DNA of 64,000 bases. Source: the human T2T-CHM13v2.0 reference genome, Homo sapiens. Below the pieces are notes generated by a model. It was not told where the DNA came from. It saw only the letters and a list, made by a program, of their open reading frames with translations, and did no database searches. The stretch lies in assembly GCF_009914755.1 (NCBI RefSeq), contig NC_060928.1; one strand, given 5' to 3'. Shown here piece by piece: positions 41,724 to 64,000 of the stretch (positions are counted from its first letter, which is position 1; every line of letters starts with the position of its first letter). Position numbers and translations under genes: made by a program.

Positions 41724-43811
41724 ATGTAAAGCCTCTGCCTTTCATTTTGATATATATCCCTAGGTACTTGCAGATAGGAGCTTCCAAAATGATCCTAAGT
41801 TACACCCATGGTTGAGGGAGAAATATATTCAAAGCAGATTGAATTACTGGTAGTTGTCCAAAGAAATGTACTTACACGTGTTAGCATAAATGGTTATGGA
41901 GGTCTAGGGAAGGATAGTTGCGGTAGATGCCTGAGAAAAGAGGGTTCCCTCATTCCTTTGCTGTGTAGTCATGCATGATACACAAGTTCTAAAAAGACCT
42001 GGCTGTGGGCAGAAGCTGACATCCCATTTCTACAAGGGAGCATGGGAAACAGAGAAGGAAAAGCTGCTTAAGAATTAACCCTCCCAACAAAGTTTCAGAT
42101 GGACAGGAGGAATAATTTCCACTGATCTCTTGCACAGCATGGTGACTATAGTCAATTATAATGTATTGTACATTTCTAAAGTCCTAAAAGAGTGGACTTG
42201 AAATGTTCTCACCACAAAGAAATAAGTATGTGACATGATGGATATGTTAATTAGCCCGATTTGATCATTAAACAATGTATACATGCCTCAAAACTTCACA
42301 CTATACCCCATACATGTATACAATTATTGTCTATTAAAAATAAAGAAATTTCTAAAAGAGAACTAATGCCATCAAGTAAACAATAAATAATTGAAACAAG
42401 ACGGCATACATAATGTGGGTAGGGTCAGTCCAAACAGTGGGAACCAAACAAAATTTTGATAAGCTTAATCATCTCGATAGCTTACAAGGCCAATGTTGTA
42501 TGAAGAAAAACTGCAGTGTTAAAAGGTTTACTAGGACAAGTACATATGCCTAAAAAAATAAAGTTCTGGGATCATTTCCACTGCTAAGTTGAGGAAAATT
42601 AGTTTAATAATCAAGAGGTTCTGGTTATTAAATCTTTCTAAGTTGCTTCGGGAATATCAATAGATTTTCTAATTGCTTCTGAGTGTCAGTAGATTTTCAT
42701 TGGTATCAGAGGGAGAAAACCAGTAGAATTATCTAAAGCTAGTGCTTTAGTTTATCCACATAGTCCATCTCTACTGGAAAACCTGAAGAGACCATGGTGC
42801 TAAGCACAGAAGAATAATTAATCAAACCACTGAGACCTTATGTGACAAAACTCTTTAAATGCAGAGACACTAGAACTGGATCAATATTTTTAGATCCAAA
42901 GAGTGAAAAGGAAAGCTTACTGCTTTTTAAAATTTTCTATACATTTGGCATTTTAATATAAACTATATACCATTATAAGTCAAATCTTTATAACTAATAC
43001 AAGTCACAAATCCAAATAAACACGTTTTCTTCATATTTGCTATTTATTTGCTTCCTAACTTTGATTCAAACATATCAGCAACAAATTAGTTAATACCTGC
43101 TCCAGGAACAACTAAACTCCTAAACCTCCATGGCGTAATAGAGTTGTTTTTTTTTCTTGCTCAAGTAATGTCTAATCCCAGAGTTTCCAGTTGGTTTGTA
43201 GCTTTCCACGTGATCAGTCAGAGGCACAGCCCCTTCCATTTTGTTGCTTCCTCTCTCCTCTAAGGTTTAGAAATCCTCTTCATTCCACCAGAGGATTAGG
43301 AAAAAGAATGTGGAGAAGAAAGTTTGACCAGAATTGACACAACTTAATTCTGCTCAAATTCTATTGGTGAGAAAACTAGAGGCAAAAGAAGTGGAAACTC
43401 TAGTTTCTGGTTGGCTAGCTGCTTCCCCTGCACACCTCTACCACACAAGCCAATTACAAAACTTTGGTGGTCAGCCATCCATCTCTGACACATCACCTTA
43501 ACTGAAATCAAAATGATAATGTTTCTCAAAATATCTCCCTCTTTCCCAAATAAGTCAATTACTAGTTTCTGGATTCAAGAAATTAGTATAACTAAGGAGT
43601 ACAGTGCTATTAGAAAGGAAAACAGAATGTCCATATTAAATATGTAACTATTTTTTACACTTTGTTTGAAGGTAAACAGTGTCATCATTCACTAGCAACA
43701 TAGTGTTGGGAAGAGTTTTTAATCCTCCCTAAATTTGGGTTCCTGATCAGTAAGAGGGGATAGACAATATCTGTTCAAATTGGCTGAGATTAAATAACAT
43801 TCATAATAATT

Positions 43812-44300
43812 CAGCAATGAAATGCTATTTGGCGATTAAAAAGAATGAAATCATATCATTTGCAACAACACTCTGGATGGAACCAGAGGTCATTGTGTTA
43901 AGTGAAATAAGCCAGGCACACAGAAAGACAAATATCCATGTTTTCACTCATATTTGGAAGCTAAAAAAGTTGATTTCATGGAAGCAGAGAGTAGAATGAT
44001 AGATACCAGAGGCTTGGAATGGTAAGGAGGATGAAGTGAGGTTGGTTAATGGGTACAAACATACAGTTACATATAAGGAATAAGTTCTAATGTTTGACAG
44101 CAGAGTAGGGTGACTATAGTTAACAATAGTGTATTGCATGTTTCAAAACAGAAGACATGAAATATTCCCAATATATAGAAATGATACATACTTGAGGTGA
44201 TGAATATCCTAAATACCCTGACTTGACCATTACACATTCTAGACATGTAACAAGATACCACAAGTACTCCATAAATATGTACAAATATTCTGTATCAAAT
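43812..44300 (+). mobile_element. L1MA 3' end
   Basis: aaaaagaatgaaatc...agtgaaataagccaggcacaca...gggtgactatagttaac; a similar shorter piece lies at ~42090-42345. Confidence 0.8.
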
Positions 44301-45049
44301 ATATATACATATGATGCAGCACACACACACAAATACACACATGTACATACACAAGTACATTGGGAGGAAAAGGCAAAATGTTAACATTGTTTAATTTTTT
44401 AAAAAATGAACTTAGCATATGCATACTTCCTGTCTTAATGTAAGTGCTCAATACGTTCTTGTTCTTTTTTTCTCTGTTGCTATTCATACAAAGCAGTTAT
44501 AATTTTCTTATTGACTCTATTACTTCTCCTACAGCAGACTACCTGTTCAAAAATCCTCCCGTGATTCCTTCTGAAAAATCAAAAGTGTTATCCTAGAGTC
44601 CTGGGTCTTCCATAATCTGATTCCATCTGCCTTTCCAGCTGCATATGCCTCTGTTGGAGTACTCAAAAGTTCTACTCTGCTCAAACTCACTAAATACCAT
44701 GTTTTCAAAATTCAGAAAAGCACTTTCCTTTCACATTTTAAGGTTTTTGAAATCAGAATGTATCTTCCAATCAATGTTTACATTTAACATATTATTTCTT
44801 CTTTTTTTTCCCAAAAACAAAAAACAAAAAAATCTGCTACTCAGCCAATGGGTCAATGGTTTGTCTATGAACCAGGACACATGATATTTATTGAGCATCT
44901 ACTCTGTGCCAATTATGGAATGAGGTGCTGGGGATATAAATATTCACCTGCTAGTTCTTGACTTCAGCTTCCTCTTTATGCTCAAATGTAGACTGCACCC
45001 CAAACACATTCATATTCCTGCCTATCAAAACTAGTCAGGACTGAGCTGA

Positions 45050-45571
<522 letters not shown>

Positions 45572-46419
45572 TGATTGAAACATAAGCCTCCACCTACAGT
45601 CAACCTACCTAAAACCAGTTAAGCCAACAGTAAATTTTACTCCAGGAAATCCAGATAGAGGATGCAGTAACATCCTCAAGGACCTTCAGAGTTCTCCTTT
45701 GTGATTTTTGTCTAAGTTAACATTACATCTAGACCATGGGAAGTCAAGAACTGTCAGGCTAAAGATAAATATTTGCTAAAATAATAGGAATGGAAAGAGT
45801 ATCCTCTGAGGATATTACCAGTGTCACAAACACCCATCAAGGCTTCTTTAGTTAACCTTAATCTAAATGGTGGTCTCATAACTATTATTAGCACAGAAAA
45901 GTAAACTTAGTGGAGACAGATCTTTCTAGTGTCATCTGTATGTAGGATCCTGAAGGTGAAAACAATCTGAAAGATAATGACTTTGGACAGCCATTCTTCT
46001 TAAACTTCAGCATGCATAAGAATCACCTTGTTAAACACAAGGTGATGGTTGGTCCCACCCTCAGAATTTCTGATTCAGTAAGTTAATGTTGGGGCCCCAA
46101 AATTTGCATTTCTAACAGGTCTCACATGCTATTAATGCAGCTGGTCCAGAAACCATACTTTGAGAATCATTGCACAATAGCATTCCATAGAATCATAGAT
46201 CAGACTTAGAAAAACCCAGTCCATCCCCTTTGGCAAAATGATCCCCAAACACCTATTTAATAACAACACCACATTTCTTGCTGCCAGTGAGGGACATTTC
46301 ATCATGTCCCTTGGCCATTATATTCTGGAATTTAACAATATTTACAAAAATTTATCTCTACTATCCTTGGACATACCAAGACTGGCCTGATTAGCTGAAA
46401 AAAGACACAGTAATTTTAG

Positions 46420-46900
<481 letters not shown>

Positions 46901-49740
46901 TGATGTGGTCTTTTAACTGTCCTTCCCACTGTAACATGACTTTGGTTTTTCTTAGGGGAACTGTGGTAGTTCACTAACAATTCTCATCTCTGTGTGCTGC
47001 GCCTCGCAAGAAGAGGCGAAGTCTCCGTGTTGACCTTATAATTTGCCTTAATGAATACATATTATCAGAAGAGATATTCTGGGTCTCCTGAACCAGGCTT
47101 TAAGAGGACTGGAAACTTTTGCATCCTCCTTCTTGGAGCCCAATTGCCATGCTATGAAGAAGTCTAAGTCAAACGACTGACTGATTAGAAGCTCCTTGGA
47201 GAGGAGCACTGTGATGAGAGGTCAACCTGAATACTCCAGCACAAGCCAAGCTCCAACTGAATGCAGCTGTATAGGAGACCTCCAGAAAAACCAGCAGAAA
47301 AACTGCCTGCCTGAGCTCAGCAAACCCACCTACTTATAAGAAATTGTTATTTTAGGCCACAACATATGGAATGGTTTGTTTTGCAGCAACAGGTGAGTGA
47401 TAGAGGAACTAATGCCCTCTCTGCCAACTTTATGCAGGAAGGGTTCACAAACATCCTAGCTCCGACCAATCATCATAGTCTCTGACCCTTTACACAGAGA
47501 TTAGTTCAGCACTTGACTTAAATCAGCCAAAAGAGGCTAAATTATGAGACCTTTCAATCTAGACCGGGAGTTTTTAGGGCCATCTTGTCTGTAGGAAGTG
47601 AGAGCTTGCCAGAGGGTAATGCTGACTAGGGTGGAAGCAGCTCTGAAGGATTTCATTTGATTACCTACCAAATCCAGTCATGCCTAAATCTATATTAATA
47701 TATGGTTATTTTAGTTGCATGAGCTAATGCATTTCTTTCATCAATTAAATCAGCTTGAGGTAAGGTTTCTATAGGTTGTACCTGAAAGACTTCTGACTAA
47801 TACAGGGAACCTAGCAGGTAAGTATAGGACAGTAATAGAAAATCTATAAATAAGAGACAACTTGGAGATTCAGCTAGGTGCAGTCAGCACCAGGAAGAAA
47901 CAAACACACACAATTTCCAGCAAGGTTGGCATTCTGAAATAAGACATCAGGCCCCAGGATCACTGAGTATAGTTATATGAGTTGTGTCCTACCAAAGGGG
48001 CCCTGAAGGAAGGCTAAGGTGAAGGCTAAAGATTGGCACTTGCTCCAAATAAACTGTGGTGCAGGACTGTGTCTGTTTAGAGTAAGGAGTGCATCTTTTT
48101 CTAATTAACAAAAAAGCATCGTGTAGGCTGCCTGAAGCCTCAACTGCCCCTGGAAGCAGTGAGAGAAGCCTAAGGCACATCCCTGGTCCCAATGAAGGCT
48201 AGGAAACCACATAGAGTACCTAGAAAAGAACTAGAAAAATAAGCATAACCCATAAATCACAACCGAAAAAACAGTGCCAATCTGCAACCATTCAGGCAGG
48301 GGTTCAGGGATCCTGAGTCATGGAAATCAGCTTTAATTTGATTTGGGAGGAGAACAGTTCTGAAGATTTATTCCATCATCAACCATGATGTGTCCTTACA
48401 CCTGAGCCACAGGTGTATTATTTTCTCACCCTGAGACACTCTAGGGGGCTAAGAGTGACAGTACTTTCCCCAGAGTCATCATTTACTTGTTCTCCTGTTT
48501 TCCTTCTCTTAATATTTCACCTTTTTTCCATTTGTCACCTGTCAGAACATAGATGTGGTCTCCCAGGCAGGGGCCTCTGGTTCAGTCATACCATCAACCC
48601 ATAAAGAAGACAGCAGTAGGAAACTTGCCAGGGCCTTGCCTTTTGTCCATTCTTGGGAAGAAGTGGCAGGGCTGCCTCAGTCAAGTGCAACATAGCTATA
48701 TTCCCACTACATGGGGTGAGTGGAAAAATGGGTGAACTTACAGCCAATCCTTGTTTGGCCACATGATATGAAGTCACTACCCAGCATAGGGGTTTCCTGA
48801 AAAATATGTACATATATGTTCAAAGCAATAGAAGTTGTGTCTTGGGCAGCAATTTTTTCTTCCACTGGATCATCCAAATGCAAGAGAGAAAGAGAGAGAG
48901 TTCTAGCAGAGCAGCATCCTCCACCTCTTCCTTCCCTCCTCTAGCACTAAAAAGCCTTTTTAAATCTGTTTCTCCCTTACTTCCCCTCGTATGTGGACAG
49001 AGCACACAGTCACCTGAATGAGCCAGCCAGCCCTTCATATCCCATGTTTTATACTGTATTTTCAATAATAAATATTTCAATTATCTGTTCTCATGTCAAA
49101 AGTAATTTGACAGTTACTCCATAGGTGGAATATGATATTGACATGACCATATCATGTTAGGATACTTTCTGGGGAGAGGGCTAGTTCTGCACAGTGGCTG
49201 CATAAAATACCTTCTTTTGTACAGTGAGATGTATGATAGGGAACCAAATGGTTGTATAATACACTGTTCCAAGTCCTTGATAGTGTTTGTGGCTGCAGCC
49301 TTAGCTCAAGATGACATATGTGTTAAGCTTACTTGAATCCTCTGGGGGGGCTACAAATAGTAATCCTATATAGTTCACTGGCCCATATGCTCAGACTTCT
49401 GTGCCCAGGAGATTTTCCCAAATGGTGTTTTTAAATGGCTATTTTTGGGTTAGCATTCATTGGTCTCTTGTCGTATTAGTGGCTTAGGTAAGGAACAGGT
49501 GGAATATATAATTATTTCACACATTCTTGCATGGCTTTGGAAATTGCCAAGGTGACTACTTCTAGGGAATGGCAGGTGATCATCTTCACATTTTCTTCAT
49601 CTTCAGAATCAATTTGATTTTTATCTTGGGCATCTGTTTGACCCACTATCATCCTTCCTTGGAAATCCCGTAGGGCCTTCCACAGTCAAATCCCCTGCAC
49701 TGGGGTATTCTTAATGTTAACTTACCAAGATTCTCAGACT

Positions 49741-49905
49741 CCTGGGTATGGTGGCTCATACCTGTAATCCTGGCTACTTGAGAGGCTGAGGTGGGAGGAG
49801 TGCTCAAGCCCAGGAGTTCAGGGTTGTAGTGAGTTATGATTGTGCCACTGTACTCCACTCTGGGTGACAGAGAAAGACAACATTTCTTAAAAAAAAAAAC
49901 AAACA
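49741..49905 (+). mobile_element. Monomeric Alu (FRAM/FAM-like); its A-tail directly abuts the full-length L1
   Basis: Single ~150-bp arm followed by an A-tail. Confidence 0.75.
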
Positions 49906-55976
<6,071 letters not shown>

Positions 55977-55979
55977 TCA

Positions 55980-57547
55980 AATTCCTGACCACATAGCTAG
56001 ACTATTGGTTACTATCTGACTCTGTAAATATCCAAACATTGCCCTGAGGTAAACAACTAAGTGGTTCTTCCTCCACTGTCATGAACATTGCTCTCAGCCC
56101 ATTGCCTGAACTTACCTTGTGTTATTTGACTGAGTTTTTACTGGGCATAGGCAAATAATAGCAGACTTTTATATTGGCATTCCTGCTATACAGGAACTCT
56201 CATGGACAAACCGAGAAACTCGTTCTATTTGGTGGAGAGTCATGAGGTTTAGATCATTCAGCAACAGAAGGGGTCTCCTAATTAGTTAGTTCTAAAGCAA
56301 GGATGCCACCTGCTCACATATGAATTATAACTCCCCAGAGACACCTCTCCTGACATGAATCCTTTTGAAAATTGTGTTGTGCAGCTTCCTCTTTATTACA
56401 ACCTAATTTTTATATCACTTGTGATATAACAGTTAGTTCAAGTCTTAATATAATTTGATGCTCTTAAGTTATGGGGACTGATTTCAGTGGAGTCCAGTAG
56501 CATGCCAGCAAGTGGGCTCTCTAGCCCCATTATCAGGAACTTCTTGAGTTAAAAAAAATCTCAGTGGCTGCCACAAGGTGGTTTGCATGTACTGTATTCC
56601 AGTGTCAGAAACTTCTAAAATCATGTGTGAATGTGCTAGAATCCTAAGGTCCCAGTAGCATACTTGGGCCACTGCCCATTACAAATTTTCACAGCTCGTC
56701 AAACAGTCCCTCAAGATATTGTGTCTTCTTTCTATTGGCAGGGTCCTAAAGGGAACATAATACTGTTTGTGGAATATCTCTGGTGGCCCAAAGTTATTTT
56801 TAGAAATTTTATGGACTGGGCTAAAGTCTGAATCTCAGCTAGATTGATTAACCATCCCACTAGTCTTATTTGCCACTGTAGCCCTCAACTCTCCTTGAGT
56901 TTTTTCCTCAAAGCAGGAAATCCTCACAGTGTCAATATAATGAATTAACTTCATTTTGATGATGATAATGATGATAATCTCACCAAATTGTAGCAGTGAG
57001 TTGGAGCAGTTGGTTATCCTTGGGGAAGGACCCTAAAGATATATTACATTCCTTCTCATGTAACAGCAAACTGTGCTTGACTTCTCTGAGTGAGATCAAA
57101 AGGATAGCATTAGCCTAATCTAGCACAAAAAAAAGTCAAATTTATCTTGCTGGACCTCTTGTACAGCTTGTGCAATGCCTAGCACAACAGACACTTGTTT
57201 AAATCATGGAAACTACCTTATTTAAAACATGATAGTTAACTGTTCTTTCCAAAGCCTGTTCTTTTTCTCCTGGGCCACATAGGATTAATAGAAAGCATTA
57301 GTGGGGATTAGCACTCTCCCTCCCATTGTTTCTTAATGAAAGATAAGATTTCTTGTGTCCTTCCAGAATCTGACACTGCCTGATTATTTACTACAAAGGA
57401 GGGTCTGTGTGAGTCTCAAGGCTTCTATATTGCCTGACTAATTAAAACCAAGTGGAGGGCAGACTTCTCTACCTTTTAAAGACATTTTGCTTGGCTTTAA
57501 GCTGGTAAGGACAAGACCTTTCATCACATCCATTCTCATTACATATT
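55980..57547 (-). mobile_element. Decayed ERVL-class internal region (pol / reverse transcriptase)
   Basis: Minus strand of 57014-57126 reads VLD*ANA...SQAQFAVT*EGM*YIFRVLPQG* across one frameshift, and ~56928-56948 reads LIHYIDT (YIDD remnant). Probably continues at 58443-59826 and left of the L1. Confidence 0.65.
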
Positions 57548-57551
57548 CAGG

Positions 57552-58438
57552 TGTAGACCAAAAACAAAATTCTAAGCACCTGCAACCAACTGAATGGACC
57601 CCCTCCTCTTGGTCAAGGGGATGTCAAAGAAACCTGAAAAACTAGTTAAGCTCATGATGGGAAGTGGGGAGTCAAACATCCCTCATTATACTCTCCTCCT
57701 TTGGAATTCAGGCACAACTGATCAGCATTAATATTAAAACAGAGATCTTAAGACTGAAAAAGCAGACTCTTTGTAGCAGTACGATACCAAATTCCAACCT
57801 TACTCTAGTATAGCATCACACAACAGATATAGCAGGCCCTGGAAGTATCAAAGTATTTTACCCCAAAATATTTTGAGATGTCCCTGCAAAGCTGTTTCTT
57901 ATGGACAAATTTGCATTCTGTAGAGAATCTCCTTCCCTTTCCAGGTGTTTTTGTGATCCTAAAGAGATTAGCTGAGAGTCTAGCACCTTTTAAATGTCTA
58001 AATAGAAAAAACATTTGCCATCTATTGCCTCTAAGGGCGGCCACCTATGAGATTTCATCTACATAATAAGAACCTTGGTCTCCACAATCCCTTATCTTAA
58101 CCCAGACACTCCTTTCTGTTGATTCCAGGTCTTTAGATAATAACTCAACTCTTTCAAGCAATTATCAATCAGAAAATCTTTGAATCTACCCATGACCTAT
58201 AAACCCCTCCCCACCAGAACTTCAAATTCTCCCACATTTCTGGACCAAGCCAATATATACCTGACATGTATTGACTGATGCCTTATGTCTCCCTAGAATG
58301 TATAAAATCAAGTTGTAACCCAGTGGCCTTGGGTACATGTTCTCAGACCTCTGGGGGTATGTCACAGGTGATGGTCCTCACATGTGGCTCAGAGTAAATG
58401 TCTTAAAATATTTTACTGAGTTTGGCTTTCCATCAACA
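57552..58438 (+). mobile_element. MER4-group ERV1 solo LTR
   Basis: TG...CA ends with an exact 4-bp TSD CAGG (57548-57551 and 58439-58442); MER4-like internal motifs. Confidence 0.85.
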
Positions 58439-58726
58439 CAGGTAAAGGCAGGAATTTGATTTTTGTTTTTTATTTCTTCATCTGTAGCTTCACAGTGATT
58501 CTGGTGTTATCTACTGTAATATTTCGATATGCTCCAAACTTCCATTTTCATACCTTAATATTGTCTTTTTATTCCCCTGCTATTATGGTACATTTTGCAC
58601 CATCATTATGGTACATCCAATAATTCCAAAAAAGGTTTCCACTATCATCTGCCACTCAACATTAACTTATATTATACAACCTTGGACCCCCCGCCAGGGG
58701 TCATATGAGGATTTCTTCTCTCTCAA

Positions 58727-59030
58727 GTTTTTCTTTTTCTTTTTCTTTTTTTTTTTTTTCAGACAGGGTTTCATTCTGTTGCCCAGGCTAGAGTGCAGTG
58801 GTGCCGTCATGGATCACTGTAGCCTTGACTTCCCAGGCTCAAGTGATCCCACCTTAGCCTCCTGAGTAGCTGGGGCTACAGGTGCGCACCACCACACCTG
58901 AATAATTTTTTCTATTTTTTGTAGAGAAGAGGTCTCACTAGGCTGGTCATGAACTCCTGAGCTCTAGTGATCTTCCTACCTCAGCCTCCCAAAGTGCTGG
59001 GATTATAGATATGTGCCACTGTGCCCATCC
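58727..59030 (-). mobile_element. Alu (J-like)
   Basis: T-rich tail plus dimer. Confidence 0.88.
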
Positions 59031-59766
59031 TTCCCTCATTATTTATCCTTTTACCCACAACCTTAATAGACAAGTTAAAATCATTACCCTGTGCTAAACA
59101 CACTGTATTTTCCTATTTTTTTCATCATTGCTGCCTTTAAACTCCTCCAGGCTGGGATAACTGGAACAGATCTGATAGGGTAGCTTAGGTGAGCTGGATG
59201 CAGGAGCTAGAGTAGGTTTCCCTTCTGTAAGCTATTGTTAATGTGCTGTCAAACCCTTTGTAGGGATCCCGTCAATTTCTTCCTTCTCTATTTTCTCCCT
59301 TCACTTGCCCTTCAAAAAATTTTTAAAGATCATTCTACCTCATTAAATGTTTATTTCTCTTATTCTGGTCAGTATCTTCACCCCAGCCCATTAGCTTTCT
59401 TCTGAACAGCTTAAACTTTCTTTTTATTGATAAAACCCATTATCGGTAGCTGTGAGAACAAATCTGCCTTGGCATTCTGTATATTCGAATCCTTGTTTTC
59501 TCACTAAAAGTATCATACTGGGAACCTATGCATGAGGGATTCCCCCTAATCACAATTTCTGCAATAGTTTGGGGCAGAGGCATATTATTCAGGGAAGCTC
59601 AACACTAATCATCATAAAACCAAGCAGGGTTGCCACTGCCCTTTATATTTTTAATGCTTCCACAGAAGCAACAGTTTCACTGTTAACAAAATGGATATAA
59701 AGTTTTCCTTTTCAGTATAAATTAAATATCAATGCCCCTTTTCACACACTCCCAAAGGGGCATTGA

Positions 59767-63736
<3,970 letters not shown>

Positions 63737-64000
63737 AGTCATACCAAAGAACTCTTTCCACTAAGCAGTTTCTAAAATCAACAGTTCCATGGCTGTTTAG
63801 TCTGAGAATCCAAGAAAGCAGAGATTCCTCAGTACTACTAAAAAATATAACCAAATTTCCTTCCTCTATTGCCTTTGGTTTGTATGTAGGTGTATCTGAT
63901 AAGGCCACGTAGATGCACACAGGTTGAGAGACCTAGGGACCTAGATGGAGAAGGTCCCACTTTCTCCATGAAACCAGAATCTTAATCTTAGGATATAATT

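Noticed and set aside
46990-47035. Small CpG-containing patch as a CTCF site
   Set aside because: Poor match to the CTCF core consensus; too short to support.

Overview
Primate (human or great-ape-like; Alu and L1PA rich) genomic DNA. The only supported protein-coding gene is MGAT4D (GnT1IP; glycosyltransferase family 54, known as a testis-enriched inhibitor of MGAT1) on the minus strand. Eight coding exons with phase-consistent GT-AG junctions run from the ATG at 39932, inside a CpG island, to 1271 (877 nt, 292 codons + 1 nt); the rest of the gene lies off the left edge. Introns and the upstream 24 kb are mostly transposable-element debris: many Alus, old L1M/L2/MIR, DNA transposons, MaLR/ERV1 LTRs, a decayed ERVL-class internal region, a full-length dead L1PA (49906-55976) and a composite L1 (59835-63736). 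I found no convincing new gene system. Most unusual signals: (i) a twin-primed, poly(A)-less L1 segment apparently inserted into a homologous L1, (ii) private mutations shared by two L1s 6220 bp apart (probable gene conversion), (iii) a CpG-rich patch with + strand splice donors inside an old L1M in intron 5, (iv) an AUG-less in-frame extension and candidate acceptor upstream of the MGAT4D start, (v) a permuted intragenic duplication, and (vi) two template-switch-like hairpins. Repeat subfamily names are from recognition of consensus motifs, not from a database search, and repeat boundaries without a TSD or TIR are approximate.
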